From positions 496,001 through 560,000 of the forward strand of contig OX337238.1 in assembly GCA_946965045.2 (NCBI GenBank): a stretch of DNA of 64,000 nt. Reading direction: 5' to 3'. Positions 45,381-58,071 of the stretch are shown here, in pieces. The notes under the pieces were generated by a model, which ran no database searches, was not told the DNA's origin, and worked only from the letters and a program-made list of their open reading frames with translations. The translations under genes were made by a program, and so were the position numbers. Position 1 is the stretch's first letter; each line of letters begins with the position of its first letter. The DNA comes from Epithemia pelagica (Eukaryota; Protista; Bacillariophyta).

Positions 45381-46871
45381 GAGAACCCCCAATCGCCTAA
45401 GGTTTCATCCATGCATTTTGGATCGCCGGTGGACGAAGGTGCTGCCACGGACAGTCCCGGCCCTTCTGCAGCACCCCCAGAGTTATCACCTCGTGAATCA
45501 GAATCAATGGTCGACAAAATCAAGTCTACCGATGCTGCCTTGACTCCGGAAACTTCCGACCATGGTTCAAATCACAAGCACAAAGAGCCAAAAGCCAATT
45601 CAGCTTGGACGCGCTGTTGTGAAATTCTCTTTCCGATCATGGTCCAGATGAGACGCGGTGACTCGGATTTCTCATCGGCCTTCTTGGGACTGGACATGGT
45701 GATCGATGCAACATCTTCAATTCTAATCCATATTTTCATTTGGGTGTCATACATTCTCAGGTATGTGCGGCTTTACCTATCGAACAAAAGTCTTCCGAGT
45801 CTGTATTGAAGATTGATCTCACATTGAGTGTTTGCTTCCTGCCTTTAATTGATGAAAGTGTTGTGGTGTAGTAAGTTCAGTGTACAGTTTTCTCTCTTTG
45901 AGACAAATCGTGAAACAAGTCTAATCCCATGTGCAATCAAAGTGGGTATCTTCTCCTTCGATCTCCTAGAATTGAAACAGACCAATGTTCGTATTCAGAT
46001 TATTGGTGCCCCATTTCTCAACAGATTATTCGATGGTGAGGACTTAGAGATGGCGATATGCTCACCTTGTAATTCAAATCTGAAGTCTCGTTGTTTCTAT
46101 TTATCCAGGCAAATCATTGCGTTGGTGCTCATACTATTCGGAGTGTATCACATTGTGCCTTTAAGCGTCAGCAACAACCCGTCTGGGAAGTCAGTCCGAA
46201 TGGTTTTGTTCTCGTGCATAATGGCTACTCTCAATGCACTGTACGTTTTGCAGTTGTCGTTGCTTGAACACTTGGTGGGAAGCCAATTCTCATACTTGTC
46301 CTTCAATTGTATACAGGGTGCCATTCTTCCTTGTCGATTGGTTCCGGGACAACCCCGAACGTATCCTGGACTCAAACATCAAGTTCGCAATTGAAAGCGA
46401 TATGTTCAAAAAAGCTCAAGCCTTGGCTCTGTCAGTTTTGTCTTGCGGTTGCAATCTTCTACTTTCTCAAAGCAGGAGCAATGCAATTTGTAGACAATCA
46501 GCATCCCCACCTCCTTCCTCCTATTATTCGGAACTTGGTCGCTGCTGCTTCTTGGGATGGTGAAACCCGCATCTACAGCGCGGCTAAGCGGAAAACTGAC
46601 AGGATGCTCCAGAATGCCTTTGTGTTGAAATCCAACTGTCGTTTCCGTAAAGCTGGATGGGCTAAAAGAGATGAAATTAAAAGGGGAAAAGAGTATTATA
46701 ACGTTACGTTGACGGCGTCCCTTAACGATGTGTTGGTGAGTGATTGGTAGGGTACGTCAGGCGGAAAGTGCCCTTTGATGACGTGTGCGTCCGGGGGATG
46801 TCCCCGAAGCACCGGGTGACCCAATATCTTCACACTCCCTCTCACTTTTCGTCCCTGGTGCTCTTTGCTGA

Positions 46872-47965
46872 TCACCAACCGAGGACCCGTTTGCGTAGCC
46901 GCCTTAGCACATCCACTGCAAGTGGTTTGGTGAGATAGTCCGCCAATTGGTTTGTTGTGTCTACCGCATGTATGGATATCTTCCCTTCTTCCACGTAGGA
47001 TCGAAAGTGATGCAATTTGACATTGAGATGTTTGGTGCGTGGTCTGAACTTGTAGACTCGTGCCATCTCCAATGCCCCGCTGTTGTCTTCGAATACCTTA
47101 CAATGCACTTCCGCTTTGGTGGAGTGTATTTGAATTTGTTGCTCCTTCATCTCTTCTAGGAGTCGCATGAGTGGGATTGCGGCTCTGAGGGCGTACGATA
47201 GTCCCGTGTACTCGCTCTCCGTCGAACTCAATGCGATTTCTGTCTGGAGCTGTGACTTCCATATGACGGGGCAGCCCATATAACGGATTATGTATCCGTG
47301 ACGCGAGCGCGCTGTGTCCCTGTCCGTGCTTGCCGTCTCCTTATTCCAGTTCCCCGCGAAGTCAGCGTCGACGTACACCTCCAGCCCCAGTGCTGGGTTT
47401 GGGTGGAATGTCATTCCCTGCTCTCGAGTCCCTTTTAGGTATCTCGCTATCCATCGTACTGCCTCGCCGTGTGGCTTGCGTGGGTTTGACGCAAAGCGAG
47501 CGCATTGATGTGTCGCGTATGAGATGTCGCTCCTGGAACCTGCCTCCAGATAGTTCAACATCCCTACTATTGAGCGGTAATTGAATGACTCGTCGAAAGC
47601 CGGCTCGTCAAGGTGGCGATGCAAGATCTTTGATGACGCCATGGGATTGTCTTTCGTAGTTGTGTTGTCCTTGAAGTGAAGGGCCTGCAGTATCTTTTGG
47701 ATAAGATGCGGCTGTGCGAATGTGATTCGTCCATCGGCATGTTTGGTGATGTTTACGCCGAGGAAATCCTTTATGTTGCCTTCCACAGTGATGTTGAGCT
47801 TTGCCGCTTTGAGGTCGGCAATTACTTGGTCAATCTCCTGTTGGTTCGGCCCACAGAGGATGCTATCGTCTGTGTACAGTACATACACCACTGAGCCACG
47901 GTAGAAAACACATTCGTCTATGGATGATTTGGTGAATCCCACATCCTGTACCAATCTCCTCGATA
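46872..47965 (-). pseudogene. C-terminal RT plus RNase H of copia element 2 (N-terminal RT missing)
   Basis: GFTKSSIDECVF, YTDDSIL, YRSIVGMLNYL, YVDADFAGNW, STTESEY, FEDNSGA. Confidence 0.9.
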
Positions 47966-47969
47966 GGTG

Positions 47970-49340
47970 TTGTCGAAGTAAAACCATCCATAATCTCGGA
48001 CGACGAGGATGGATCGGAGAACGATGATATCGAACCCGAAAACGAAGCGCCGCCACCAGTCTGGCACAGCGCCATACAACCAAATGAAGCGGAACCAACT
48101 ACGACGGATGGAGAAGCGCCGGCACCCAGGACATTCGACATCAACGCCAAGGACGCAGCAACACTCGAGGAAACACCCGACATCATCCCAGATGAGGAGG
48201 AACGGGTCCCATCAGCGGAAGCCGAGCTACTAAGGTACCACTACGACTTTGGACACCTACCATTTCCAAAGCTCCAACAGATGGCCAAGGACGGACAGCT
48301 GCCAAGACGGCTAGCGAAGTGTCACGTTCCAGTATGCTCAGCATGTGGATACGCCAAGGCCACCAAGAGGCCATGGCGATCGAAGACAGTCCGAGACAGG
48401 GAGGCCGAGGTAAAGCCAACCAGGCCAGGCCAAGTGGTATCGGTGGACCAACTTGTGTCACCGACTCCTGGACTGATCGCCCAAATGACGGGATTCCTCA
48501 CTAAACAGAGGTATAACTACGCAACGGTCTATGTGGACCAAGCAACGTCCCTCGGATTCGTGTACCTGCAACGCACAGCGACAGCGGCCGAAACGATCCA
48601 GGGCAAGAAGGCATTCGAGCGGTACGCACTCAACCGTGGAGTCAAGGTCGAGGCGTACCACGCGGACAATGGAATTTTTAAGGCGAAAGCATGGGTCCAA
48701 TGCTGCGAGAGGGACGGACAAGAACTCACCTTCGCAGCAGTTGGAGCACACCACGCCAACGGAAAGGCGGAACGGCGGATTCGGGAGCTACAAGAGATGG
48801 CACGGACGATGTTGATGCACGCACACAAGCGCTGGCCAGAGGCAATCTCGGCACACCTATGGCCATACGCACTGCGCCAAGCAAACCTCTGCATTAACAA
48901 CGCACCGAACATGCAGCACTCATCAAAGCAAGCACCAATCCAACTTTTCGCACAGACGCCCGTCAACATCAATCGAAAACACTGGAAACCATTCGGATGT
49001 ACAGTGTACGTGTTGAGTGAGGCGCTGCAGTCCGGAAAACCGCACCACAAATGGAAGGAGAGAGCACGAATTGGCATCTACCTAGGCCAATCCCCGATCC
49101 ACAACCGAAACGTGGCCCTAGTGTTGCATCGCCACACAGGACACGTGAGCCCACAGTTTCACGTACGGTTCGACAAGGGCTTCGATACGATGAAACAAGA
49201 AAAGGTGGAAGCAAACTGGCAAGTCAGCACGTTTTTCAAGACGGCGACAGGAAAGGCGAATAGGAAAAAGGACCAGCAACCCAAACCAAGGAAAACGGCA
49301 AAAAGAAGCCGGCGGCAAGAGGGAGCCGCACCTGGAATGG
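47970..49340 (+). pseudogene. Integrase region of copia element 2, inverted relative to the element
   Basis: HYDFGH...CSAC zinc finger, VSVDQLVS, YHADNG, HANGKAERRIRE, WKPFGC, IYLGQSP. Confidence 0.9.
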
Positions 49341-49733
49341 AGCTTGAAACCGACTCGGTTCCACATCGAATTTTTCATCCGTACTAAACAAGGAGCGAGT
49401 GGCTTGCTCGTAGTATTTTCGACCTTGTTTGGTACTGAAATCCAATTGCTGCCCGATTCCGGCTCGGAGTGGGGTCCTTAGGAATGGTCCTGGTCCTCCT
49501 CCTCCTGGTGCTCCGCCTCCTGCGCCCCCTGCTGCTACAGCAGCGGCAGCTGCATTCGCGGCGGCGTTCGCAATGGCTTGCTGGATTGCTTGCGTGGCTG
49601 CTCCCAGTGCTCCCACGATTGCAGCTGCTTCGGCTCCTAGCGGTGCTGGTCCTCCGCCTCCGCCTCCGCCTACTGGTGGTGCTCCACCACCACCGCCACC
49701 TCCTGGTGCAGGAGCGCCGTCTCCGCCGTCCAT
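49340..49733 (-). pseudogene. 5' part of gag of copia element 2
   Basis: ATG at 49733, G/A/P-rich N-terminus, then LDFSTKQGRKYYEQAT...FDVEP, cut at the inversion junction. Confidence 0.75.
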
Positions 49734-49798
49734 TCTTGCTTGCCTGCGAGTCCGTATCTTGTAATACCCTTGTAGTTCCCTTCAAATCCTGGTTTCGT

Positions 49799-49814
49799 TA
49801 GCGCAGAGGAAGCG
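49799..49814 (-). promoter_or_regulatory. Primer-binding site complementary to the D-arm region of initiator tRNA-Met
   Basis: Plus strand TAGCGCAGAGGAAGCG(TG) vs eukaryotic tRNAiMet TGGCGCAGCGGAAGCGTG; abuts the 5' LTR. Confidence 0.7.
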
Positions 49815-52800
49815 TGTTGAAATCCAACTGTCGTTTCCGTAAAGCTGGATGGGCTAAAAGAGATGAAATTAAAAGGGGAAAAGAGTATTATAACGTTACG
49901 TTGACGGCGTCCCTTAACGATGTGTTGGTGAGTGATTGGTAGGGTACGTCAGGCGGAAAGTGCCCTTTGATGACGTGTGCGTCCGGGGGATGTCCCCGAA
50001 GCACCGGGTGACCCAATATCTTCACACCTTTGAACTTCATGATTTTAACAATGACATCTCCTCATCCACCGCAAGTCTTAATCTCAACGTTACAAGATCT
50101 CAAAAAGTTGCTCTGGCAAGCGTCAGAGAGAAAACGATGAGAAATTTCATTGTACGCGGTGAACGCAAAGAGGAAGTTGGTGGAATCTTTTGGACATGGT
50201 GGAAATACTTTGATGGTACTTTGTTTGATCATGAGGGACTATGGATCCATACTCGACTGTATGTGATCCAAGTTGCTCAAGTGGCAATCGCACTTTTCGT
50301 TACGGCGTTGTTCTTCATCTTTGGTAGAGAGGCAGCGATTGCGGCGGACGACTGGCGTGACTCGCTAACAGGACTTCCAGACTAGGTGATGGACATCTTC
50401 CCGACAGGATCAATGGTACATACTGCGCTTATTCCTGCAGCTTTTGTTGCAGGGGTGGCAATGTTCTCAATCGTGCTGGTGTACATTCCTAGGTAAGCCT
50501 ACATCACGCGCTGTTGATTCTGACGTGAAAAGCCTGTGCACTCATTGTTTACACGTGATATTCCTCCGCGAAAGCTCTGTTGCAACTGTTTTGAAATACC
50601 GGGGAAAGCTGAATCCTTCCCTTGGGTCAGTGTACTTCGAGAAGTTTCGAATGAACCTTGATATGGTATGTTGCTGCTGTCTGACGTTTTGTCGAATGGG
50701 ATGCTGTCTGAATCTCACTTTCATTTGCAACAATAACAGACCTACATGAACACGGCAAATGCGGTGTATGGAATGCTGGGTACAGCCCTTCTGTTTTATA
50801 TTGTGATTGCGGGTATCATTTTTCCTTTTGTGTGGCCAATTACCCAGGTAAGACCTTCATGCTTTTCGCTATACGCGCGATTGGGACTGGCTCGGTGTCT
50901 CATGAATATTTGCAGCAAGGGGCATTGAACTTGCTGACATGGGGAATTGGTCTTGCAATCACTGTGGGATTGAAAATGCTAGTGACAACCGCATGTCGAA
51001 GTGTGCAATACCGAGCCTATTACAGAATAAAACCAGCGTCAGCGCGTATTACATCCCTGGCATTGGAATGCTGGCATATCGGCTTGGCAGCTTCTGTTCT
51101 CATTGGTCGAATCACACAGTTTCTTGGTGCGTCGTTGTTCTGGATAGGAAGAATTGACGTCCCTTACCTTTCCCAGGACGTTGTCCTTTTTGGCTATGCG
51201 TTTGATAACGTGCCGCATCACTTTTACCAAGATTTGCTGATACACGAAGCGCACCGCCATCCGTACATTGAAAGGCTTTCTCAAATGTATCTGATGAAGC
51301 TTCATCATGGCGATAAATTTGTTTCAAAAGCAGGTAGTGTATGGCGCCAACTCATCATTCTTTCCATCTTTCCGTGGATGGCCAAGTACAGGATTTTTAC
51401 CGATGAACGGCTGGTGAACGCTGCCATTGACGCCGAGGAGCAGGAGGAAATGGAAGAAAGGGAATCCGATCCCATGAATGGAATAAAAGATATGGCAAGT
51501 GAAGCCTTTGAAGTAGGCAACGAAGTGGCGACCGAAGTCGTGGATGTGGGGAAGGAACTGTATGGGGCAGGGGAAGATGTGGTGACAGAAGTTGGTCGCG
51601 TCGGAAAGGCTGCGATATCGCCCGTGGGGACATTGGTGAAGGGCTACATGCCCAGCCCAACGCATCCGGTTCAACTAGATACGTTGGAGAACGCGAACGA
51701 GGGGAGTGCGTGAAAAATAATCCGTACAACAACAACATCACAGTGATCGAGAGCACTTGGGCTTGGGGAGCACATGTCCACCAATGGAGCACATGTCCAC
51801 CAATGGAGAAATCGAGTTACCTGGAGGACAACACATTCACCCTCCGTACTTCTATACGAATGCACTGCTGAAAGAGACGGATGCTAGCGAGATGTCCGGG
51901 AACGTCCACCATTCTCTTTCTTGAGCGTTGAGAGTGAGACCACTACGCGACCAGGCAAGTGATATCAAGATACGCTGCTGGCAAGGAGGCGTTGGTCCAT
52001 AAATACCAGAATATGGTGAGTTCGTTTGCGTTGATTCTTTTCTGGTTCTCGTGTGAAGATATATCATAGACCGCCAAAATCACACTTCAACTATATACTC
52101 CTTTAACCAAAAATCTAGGTCTGTGTTGCCGGTTGCTATCACCATTGTGCCAAAATTATGTCCGTTCCGATCGCAATGCCAGTTCGACCGAGCCATGATT
52201 CTCGATCGCGACACGTTCTACATATGCCCATGACGGCTGTGACCCGATGCCGGCGTTGCTTGGATGGACCCGACAATTGCCCCACACATCAAGTTCCACA
52301 GAATCGAGAGAAACAAACCAACCACCAAACCCAACATAAGGCGTCTCTTTTTTCTTGTTTGAAGCCAAAGGATCAAGACCTGATTGCAACCAAGACACAT
52401 CAAATAAGCATCAACGGTAGGTTTGTGTTCCTCCAATCCATACACTTGATACATCGAGTATCTGTTTCCAGCTTCACAGCTGTGGACTCTCCCCCCTCTT
52501 CGTTGTTGGGTGGGAAAGGGACGTTGACCGGGAGCGCGCGCTATTTGCTTGGTTGGGAGGTTTTGCATGCCCCCAACACCCGACAATGGGAATCGGGAAT
52601 AATCGGGAAGAATTTGAAACGACTAATGGCAAATCGCAAACCGTTTCGCCCCTGACATTCTCCTTTGCCTTTGGACCTCTCGAACACTCTTACTTTCACT
52701 CATTCATTCACAGCTTCTCCTTGACAACGTTTTGCAGAGTCTGGATATTGTATCACCGACACGACGACATCATCAATAACATTCATTGTCGTCCGACAAC

Positions 52801-52863
52801 GTTTACATCACTGTTCTCCAAAAGGTCCAGTTTCTAAGAGACAACGCAGCACGAGACGGCATC

Positions 52864-54400
52864 ATGGCAAGCATGACAATGACAGTTCTTGACGAGGAAC
52901 AGAAATCTTCCACCACTGCAGCAACCCATCGTCTTGTCACCACCCAGAAGAGAAGCAGCTCGGTTTCGGTGACACACCACAATCAGTTGCGTGTAAGTGA
53001 CGCTCTCTCAGGTGCATTGCAGATCGACACCATTGGAATCTCACATGGATCATACTGTGTGATTGTGTTGATCTTGCTCTCATGTTGACCGTTTCGTCTG
53101 GTGATTTCAGCCTTTGCACTGCGCCGCTCAACAGTACGCTTGGGGTCGCTTGGGTTCTTCCAGTACGGTGGCTTTGATGAAAGACGCACAAGCGTCGCAA
53201 GAAGACGACACTTTGTTTTCTGTGGAAGAGGACAAGCCCTATGCAGAATTGTGGCTGGGAACTCATCCAAACGGCATGTCAATGGTGACGGTGCACAAAG
53301 AGCTCCAACATGGATACGACCCCAACGACGAAGCGAACAATGAAAAGGAGAAGAACAAACATTCTCTCTTGGAATATATTCAGAAAGACCCATCCTTACA
53401 TATGGGCGATGATAATGCCTCGGACCTTTCCTTCTTGCTCAAGGTCTTGTCGGTTCGTAAGGTGCTTTCCATTCAAGCGCACCCTGATAAGAAGTTGGCG
53501 GAGCAACTCCATGCGGAACGCCCCAAAATTTACAAAGATCCGAACCACAAACCCGAAATGGCCATTGCCATGTCAGACAAGGTTCGTGCCATGTGTGGCT
53601 TTCGGCCTCTGAAAGAGATTGCGCAACATTTGGATGAATATCCAGAGTTTCGCACCGTCCTCGGATCCGATCTCGTCGAGCAAATCCAAAGTGCGAATGA
53701 AGATCCTGACGTTGTTCGTAGCACTCTTCAAAACATGTTCAAGGGATACCTCGAAATCCCCGCGGACGATATCCAAAAGAATGTTGAGGATATGGTCACC
53801 CGTCTCCAACAGACGCGGCGTCACAACGATGTCCAAAAGCTGATCTTGCAGCTCGAACAACAGTTCCCTGGAGACTGTGGTATCTTTGCTCCCTTGTTCT
53901 TCAACGTTGTTGAACTCAAATATGGAGAAGGTCTCTTTATTGGGGCTAACGAACCACATGCCTACATATCGGGGGAGATTTTGGAATGTATGGCCTGTTC
54001 CGATAATGTGGTGCGCGCTGGCTTGACGCCCAAGCTGAAGGATGTGAATACATTGGTGAACATGCTCACCTACAAAACATGCATGCCGGACATTCACAGT
54101 GGAACGGCCATTGACGAATGCACGACCCGTTATCAACCCCCCGCTCGTGACTTTTGCGTCGAAGTGATTTATGTCGAACCTGGCACCGAGTATGAAATGA
54201 GTGACGTTGCCTCTCCATCGGTCATTCTCACCATGGAGGGTGATGCCTCGTTGAAACAAGACGATGTTTGCAGTTTGGATATTTCGTTTGGTTCGGCAGC
54301 CTTTTGTTCCGCCAACACGACCTGCACCGTCGTCGCAGGTCCCTACGGAGTTCGTTTGACACGAGCCTTTACCAACGTCTTTTACAATGACCAAGAATAA
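52864..54400 (+). CDS. MPI: Mannose-6-phosphate isomerase (type I PMI); exons 52864-52992 and 53111-54400
   Basis: QQYAWG, PYAELWLGTHP, LLKVLSV..VLSIQAHPDK, YKDPNHKPEMAIA, ANEPHAY, ECMACSDNVVRAGLTPK; GTAAGT/CAG intron 52993-53110. Confidence 0.96.
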
Positions 54401-54882
54401 ACGAGGATCCCTGAGTTCTGTGTGTCAATGATTGTGTATATTATCAAGTTATGGAGTTGTAGAAAATGGGACATGGCATTTTCGAAACTCAACTTTTTCT
54501 CTTTGGGGGGCGACTCGCATGGATTTTGCGCTCGGAAGCAAGCCGTTGGATGAACATTCGACGGTTCACCATGCCTCTTTATGCATGGTTCGTACACCTA
54601 CATTATAATCTTCATATTTTACTGATAGAGTGATGTTTGCATAACGCATCTTCGTCCTGTACTGTTTCCTTAGTGGACTTACTCAACACTTCTCACGCAT
54701 GAAGCTAGATGCACAATGCATCTCCATCCATCCTGTACTGATTGATAAGTGGACTCACACTTTATGGCCCAAGCATGACGCGAGAAACGGCGAGGATCGA
54801 CTATCATGGAATGAAAATCCTCCATAGCAAAGTAGAAGCAGTGCAGAGACTTTGAAGGCTACAGCAAGAGTTTATTAGCATG

Positions 54883-56536
54883 TTATACTTGTTCCCGAAC
54901 GGAAGGAAACAAATCTCTTCGTTTGCCCGCTTCCATACTTTGTTCCCGTAATAGCCGCTGCATGGTGGCATATCCCATGACGCGGTCGTAATCGGGAAAG
55001 AATGGATCGACGGGTAGGAACCAGGTCCAAATGGGTCCACTGCCCACCACATCGGCCAAGGGCAAGGGTTCTTCATCCGACAAGTGCCAGGTATTGGTGG
55101 CCTTTTTCTTGAGCCGATCAATCGTCCCCACACCGGTCAAAATGCCGTAAATGACACTCATGAGCATGGAACTGGTAAACAACCAGGCACCCAAACAAAC
55201 AAGGGACATGACACGGACCAATTGCATTTCCAACATGGTAAATTCGCATTGTTCGGAATTGCAAAAAAAGTAATTGGCCAAAAACAAGGTCAAGGCCATG
55301 CCGCTGCCCAACCAGGTATACAACAAGAAGAGGGCAAAGAATTTCAAGTTGCCGGCGCCGACACAATTGTTCATCCTACCAAAACAACAAGACCAAAACC
55401 CATAAAGTTTTGTCGTGAGAAAAATGACACACATGCCTGAATTGCCAATTCTCGTGTTCGGACACGACGTCTTACCATGGACAGTGGTGATCCATTCGAG
55501 TCACGCATCGATTGCAAATTCGACAATGATGGGCAAATTTGGGTTTGTAACTTTGACAAATGCTACACATGGCATGAAATTTGACACCCTTGGTCACGAG
55601 GGGTACGGCCGAACTGGCCACGGCGCCCGGATCGGTAAAGGTGGTCTTGGCATGACTGGCCAAGGCCAGTGTACAAATCGTGGCATGAACGCCGGCCCAA
55701 TACTTGGAAATGTGACCATTCCGTGTCAAGAGTAACATGGTCAAAATGGAATACAAAATCAAGAGCCATACCGTGCCGGCCATAATGGTGCCGGCCCGAT
55801 CGGTCGTGTTCATCCAAATGCCATCGTCTTCGTGTGTCCCACACGTCCATCGCCAGGGTTGATCGTTAAAGGTATCTTCGTAATAGTCATCATCGTCGTC
55901 GTCCTTGTTATCCAACGAAAAAGCCGCAGGAGGGCGTCGACGCTGGTGCATATTGTTGCTATTGTTGTTGTTATAGTATGCATTGTGGTTGCCCTGAGGG
56001 TTGCTGGAAAACGAGTTGGTTCCTCCTCCGCCTGTCACACCCCGCTGCGAGGATGGTATCGCCGTAGTCGAAGACAAGGAACCGCCTCCTCCACCCCCAG
56101 TGGTAACGGCTGCCATGGCATTGGCACTTTGTTTTTGAATTTGTTGCGTCAAGACATTGACCATGCGTTTTGTCCAAGTCCGACGATCCTGTTTGCCATC
56201 GTCCACAGTATTGTTGTTGGTTTTGTTTTTGATGGATTGTTCAAAGCTATTATTGCGCGGAGAATACTCGGCAAGTCGCCGTCGATGATTGTGGATTGGA
56301 TCGGCCGAATGGTTGGACACATTGTTGTGGTGGTGGTCGTCGTCATCGTCCAACGAAACAGAGTGGTGATGGTCGTCGTCCTCGTCCTCTTCGTGGTCGC
56401 TCTCATCCAAAAAGACTCGTTCGGGAAACATACTCTTTTGATAATCGTCTCGTGGTCTCCGTCGTTGTGTGGTGCTGCTTCGGCCTCGATCGATTCCTCC
56501 CAACAAGGGTGTGTGTTCACCCGTCGAATGCATCAT
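54883..56536 (-). CDS. DHHC-type palmitoyltransferase; exons 56536-55476 and 55375-54883
   Basis: [54 protein letters not shown]; intron 55475-55376. Confidence 0.93.
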
Positions 56537-57439
56537 CGTGTCTTGGTTTGTTTACTGGGCTTTTCAATGGTTCGCTCCTCTGGACAATCGTCGCATGCAG
56601 TCGCCTGTCTTTGGCTCGTCTTTGTCACTTCCGGCTTGATAGTAAAAAGAGTTCAAAGTCTAATAGTATTATTGGAGGAGAGGAATGCCAACCCCTCTCA
56701 CTGTCATCGCCACAATGACACAAAAGACAAAAGTATATGTAGGGTATCGTTGGTCGTTTGGAGGCCCAAAAAATGGGGCGAGGCCATTGTCCCCAATCAT
56801 TTTTCGGGCGTGGTCTGTGTGCGAGTTCTGTAAGTGGACCGCGCGAGCCGACCATTGCTTCACACGCAACATCGATCTACCCCATTTATAAAGTCTCGCA
56901 GTACCTCTAGTAGTATTGCTCACATTTTATGAAGTCGAAAGAAACTGAGTATGCTCCTAGAAATACAACAACAGAACGTGGTTGTTGTTGTTGGGAGAAG
57001 ATGACAGATTGGGGGGCTGATGACTTGGCACCTTTCATTCCACTGTTTGTTGCGACTCCAGGACGCTGGGTGACTGGCTTCATAACTCATAACATCATTC
57101 ATGAATGATCTATGAGTAAGAGTTATGTCAGCATGAGCGCGCTAAGTTCCTTTGTATCAGGAACCCAATGGACCGTAGGATCATGGGTTCCCCCTTGAAC
57201 AAAACATGTCTCGTGGTGCTTGCGACGCGGGATCCAAGTGAGGAACAACATCTGCCTTACTTATATGCCGATTACGAGGTTCCAATCTACAACACAACAC
57301 CCGACTTGCCGTGCAGTACATATATATTCACGACACTGTGCACCAGCTCCAAAGTTCAGCAGTCACCTTTTGTAACGACAGACCAATGGATGACTTGTGT
57401 ACAATACTGTCAGATATGTTATGCCGTCGCCTCAAAAGA

Positions 57440-58071
57440 TTACGGAAGGCACATCATGGAGTAGGTGCTGCCGCCCTCAAGGGATTCAAAGTCGTAAAAG
57501 CATTGCTTTTTCCCATTGCTATCATCTCCCACCAGGAACATCACGCGCTTAATTTTACAAAAGTTCTCATATTCATCGTCAGTCGAGAGTATTATACGCT
57601 GGCCATCCACAGTGATTTTCTTGCGCTCAATTTTTGGCCTCTTTGCTGCGGGTTCTTTCATTTCGTCACTCCGCTGTTGTAGTGTGCGCATGTACCGTTA
57701 AGGGAAGTGGCACATTCAAAAAGATGATGTGAGGGCTTCAATTTGCTCACTCATTGCTTTAGGCTGTCATGCACAATTGATTGCTGTTGCTGCGGCAGTC
57801 TGGATACACCCAATCACAATCTCAAACTTACTGGTATCGCCGCCAGTGTTCGTGCCGCCGCCGAATGGACAGGCGGACCCAGCGTGTAGGTGCCGCTGTC
57901 GTCGAGGGATGCAAAGTCTTCAATATCAACTCCTTGATGATCTACTAAGCAAATAACCTGCTGTCGGTCAAGGAGGCCTTTGAAACCATCCTCATTGCTT
58001 AGCTTTTTGGTGCGTTGGTCCACGGAGATTGTCTTTGGCATGTTGTTTTTATCCAAGTTGTTTTTTTGCAA
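57440..58071 (-). CDS. Hypothetical small protein with two copies of a ~70-aa module, possibly a truncated gene; probable intron near 57830-57680
   Basis: DIEDFASLDDSGTYTLGP in first ORF and FYDFESLEGGSTYSM in second; GTAAGT donor after AAIP. Confidence 0.4.

Larger units (their letters stand above)
46623..50026 (-). mobile_element. Rearranged non-autonomous Ty1/copia element 2 (3404 bp) with inverted integrase segment
   Basis: 212-bp LTRs 46623-46834 and 49815-50026, flanking duplication CCTTT(G), PPT GTGAGAGGGAG on minus strand, gag and RT/RNase H on minus, integrase on plus. Confidence 0.93.
43705..51713 (+). pseudogene. Large multi-exon membrane protein gene interrupted in an exon by copia element 2; C-terminus resembles STRA6-like proteins
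   Basis: Collinear ORFs 43705-44484, 44559-45809, 45849-46394, 46307-46622, 50027-50385, 50746-50928, 50939-51713; empty-site join reads RMLQNAF-ELHDFNND in frame. Confidence 0.65.

Noticed and set aside
51768-51805. 19-bp perfect tandem duplication GAGCACATGTCCACCAATG
   Set aside because: Isolated local duplication in a 3' flank with no further structure
52156-52655. Overlapping short ORFs on both strands
   Set aside because: No recognisable motif or consistent splice model; cannot support a gene call
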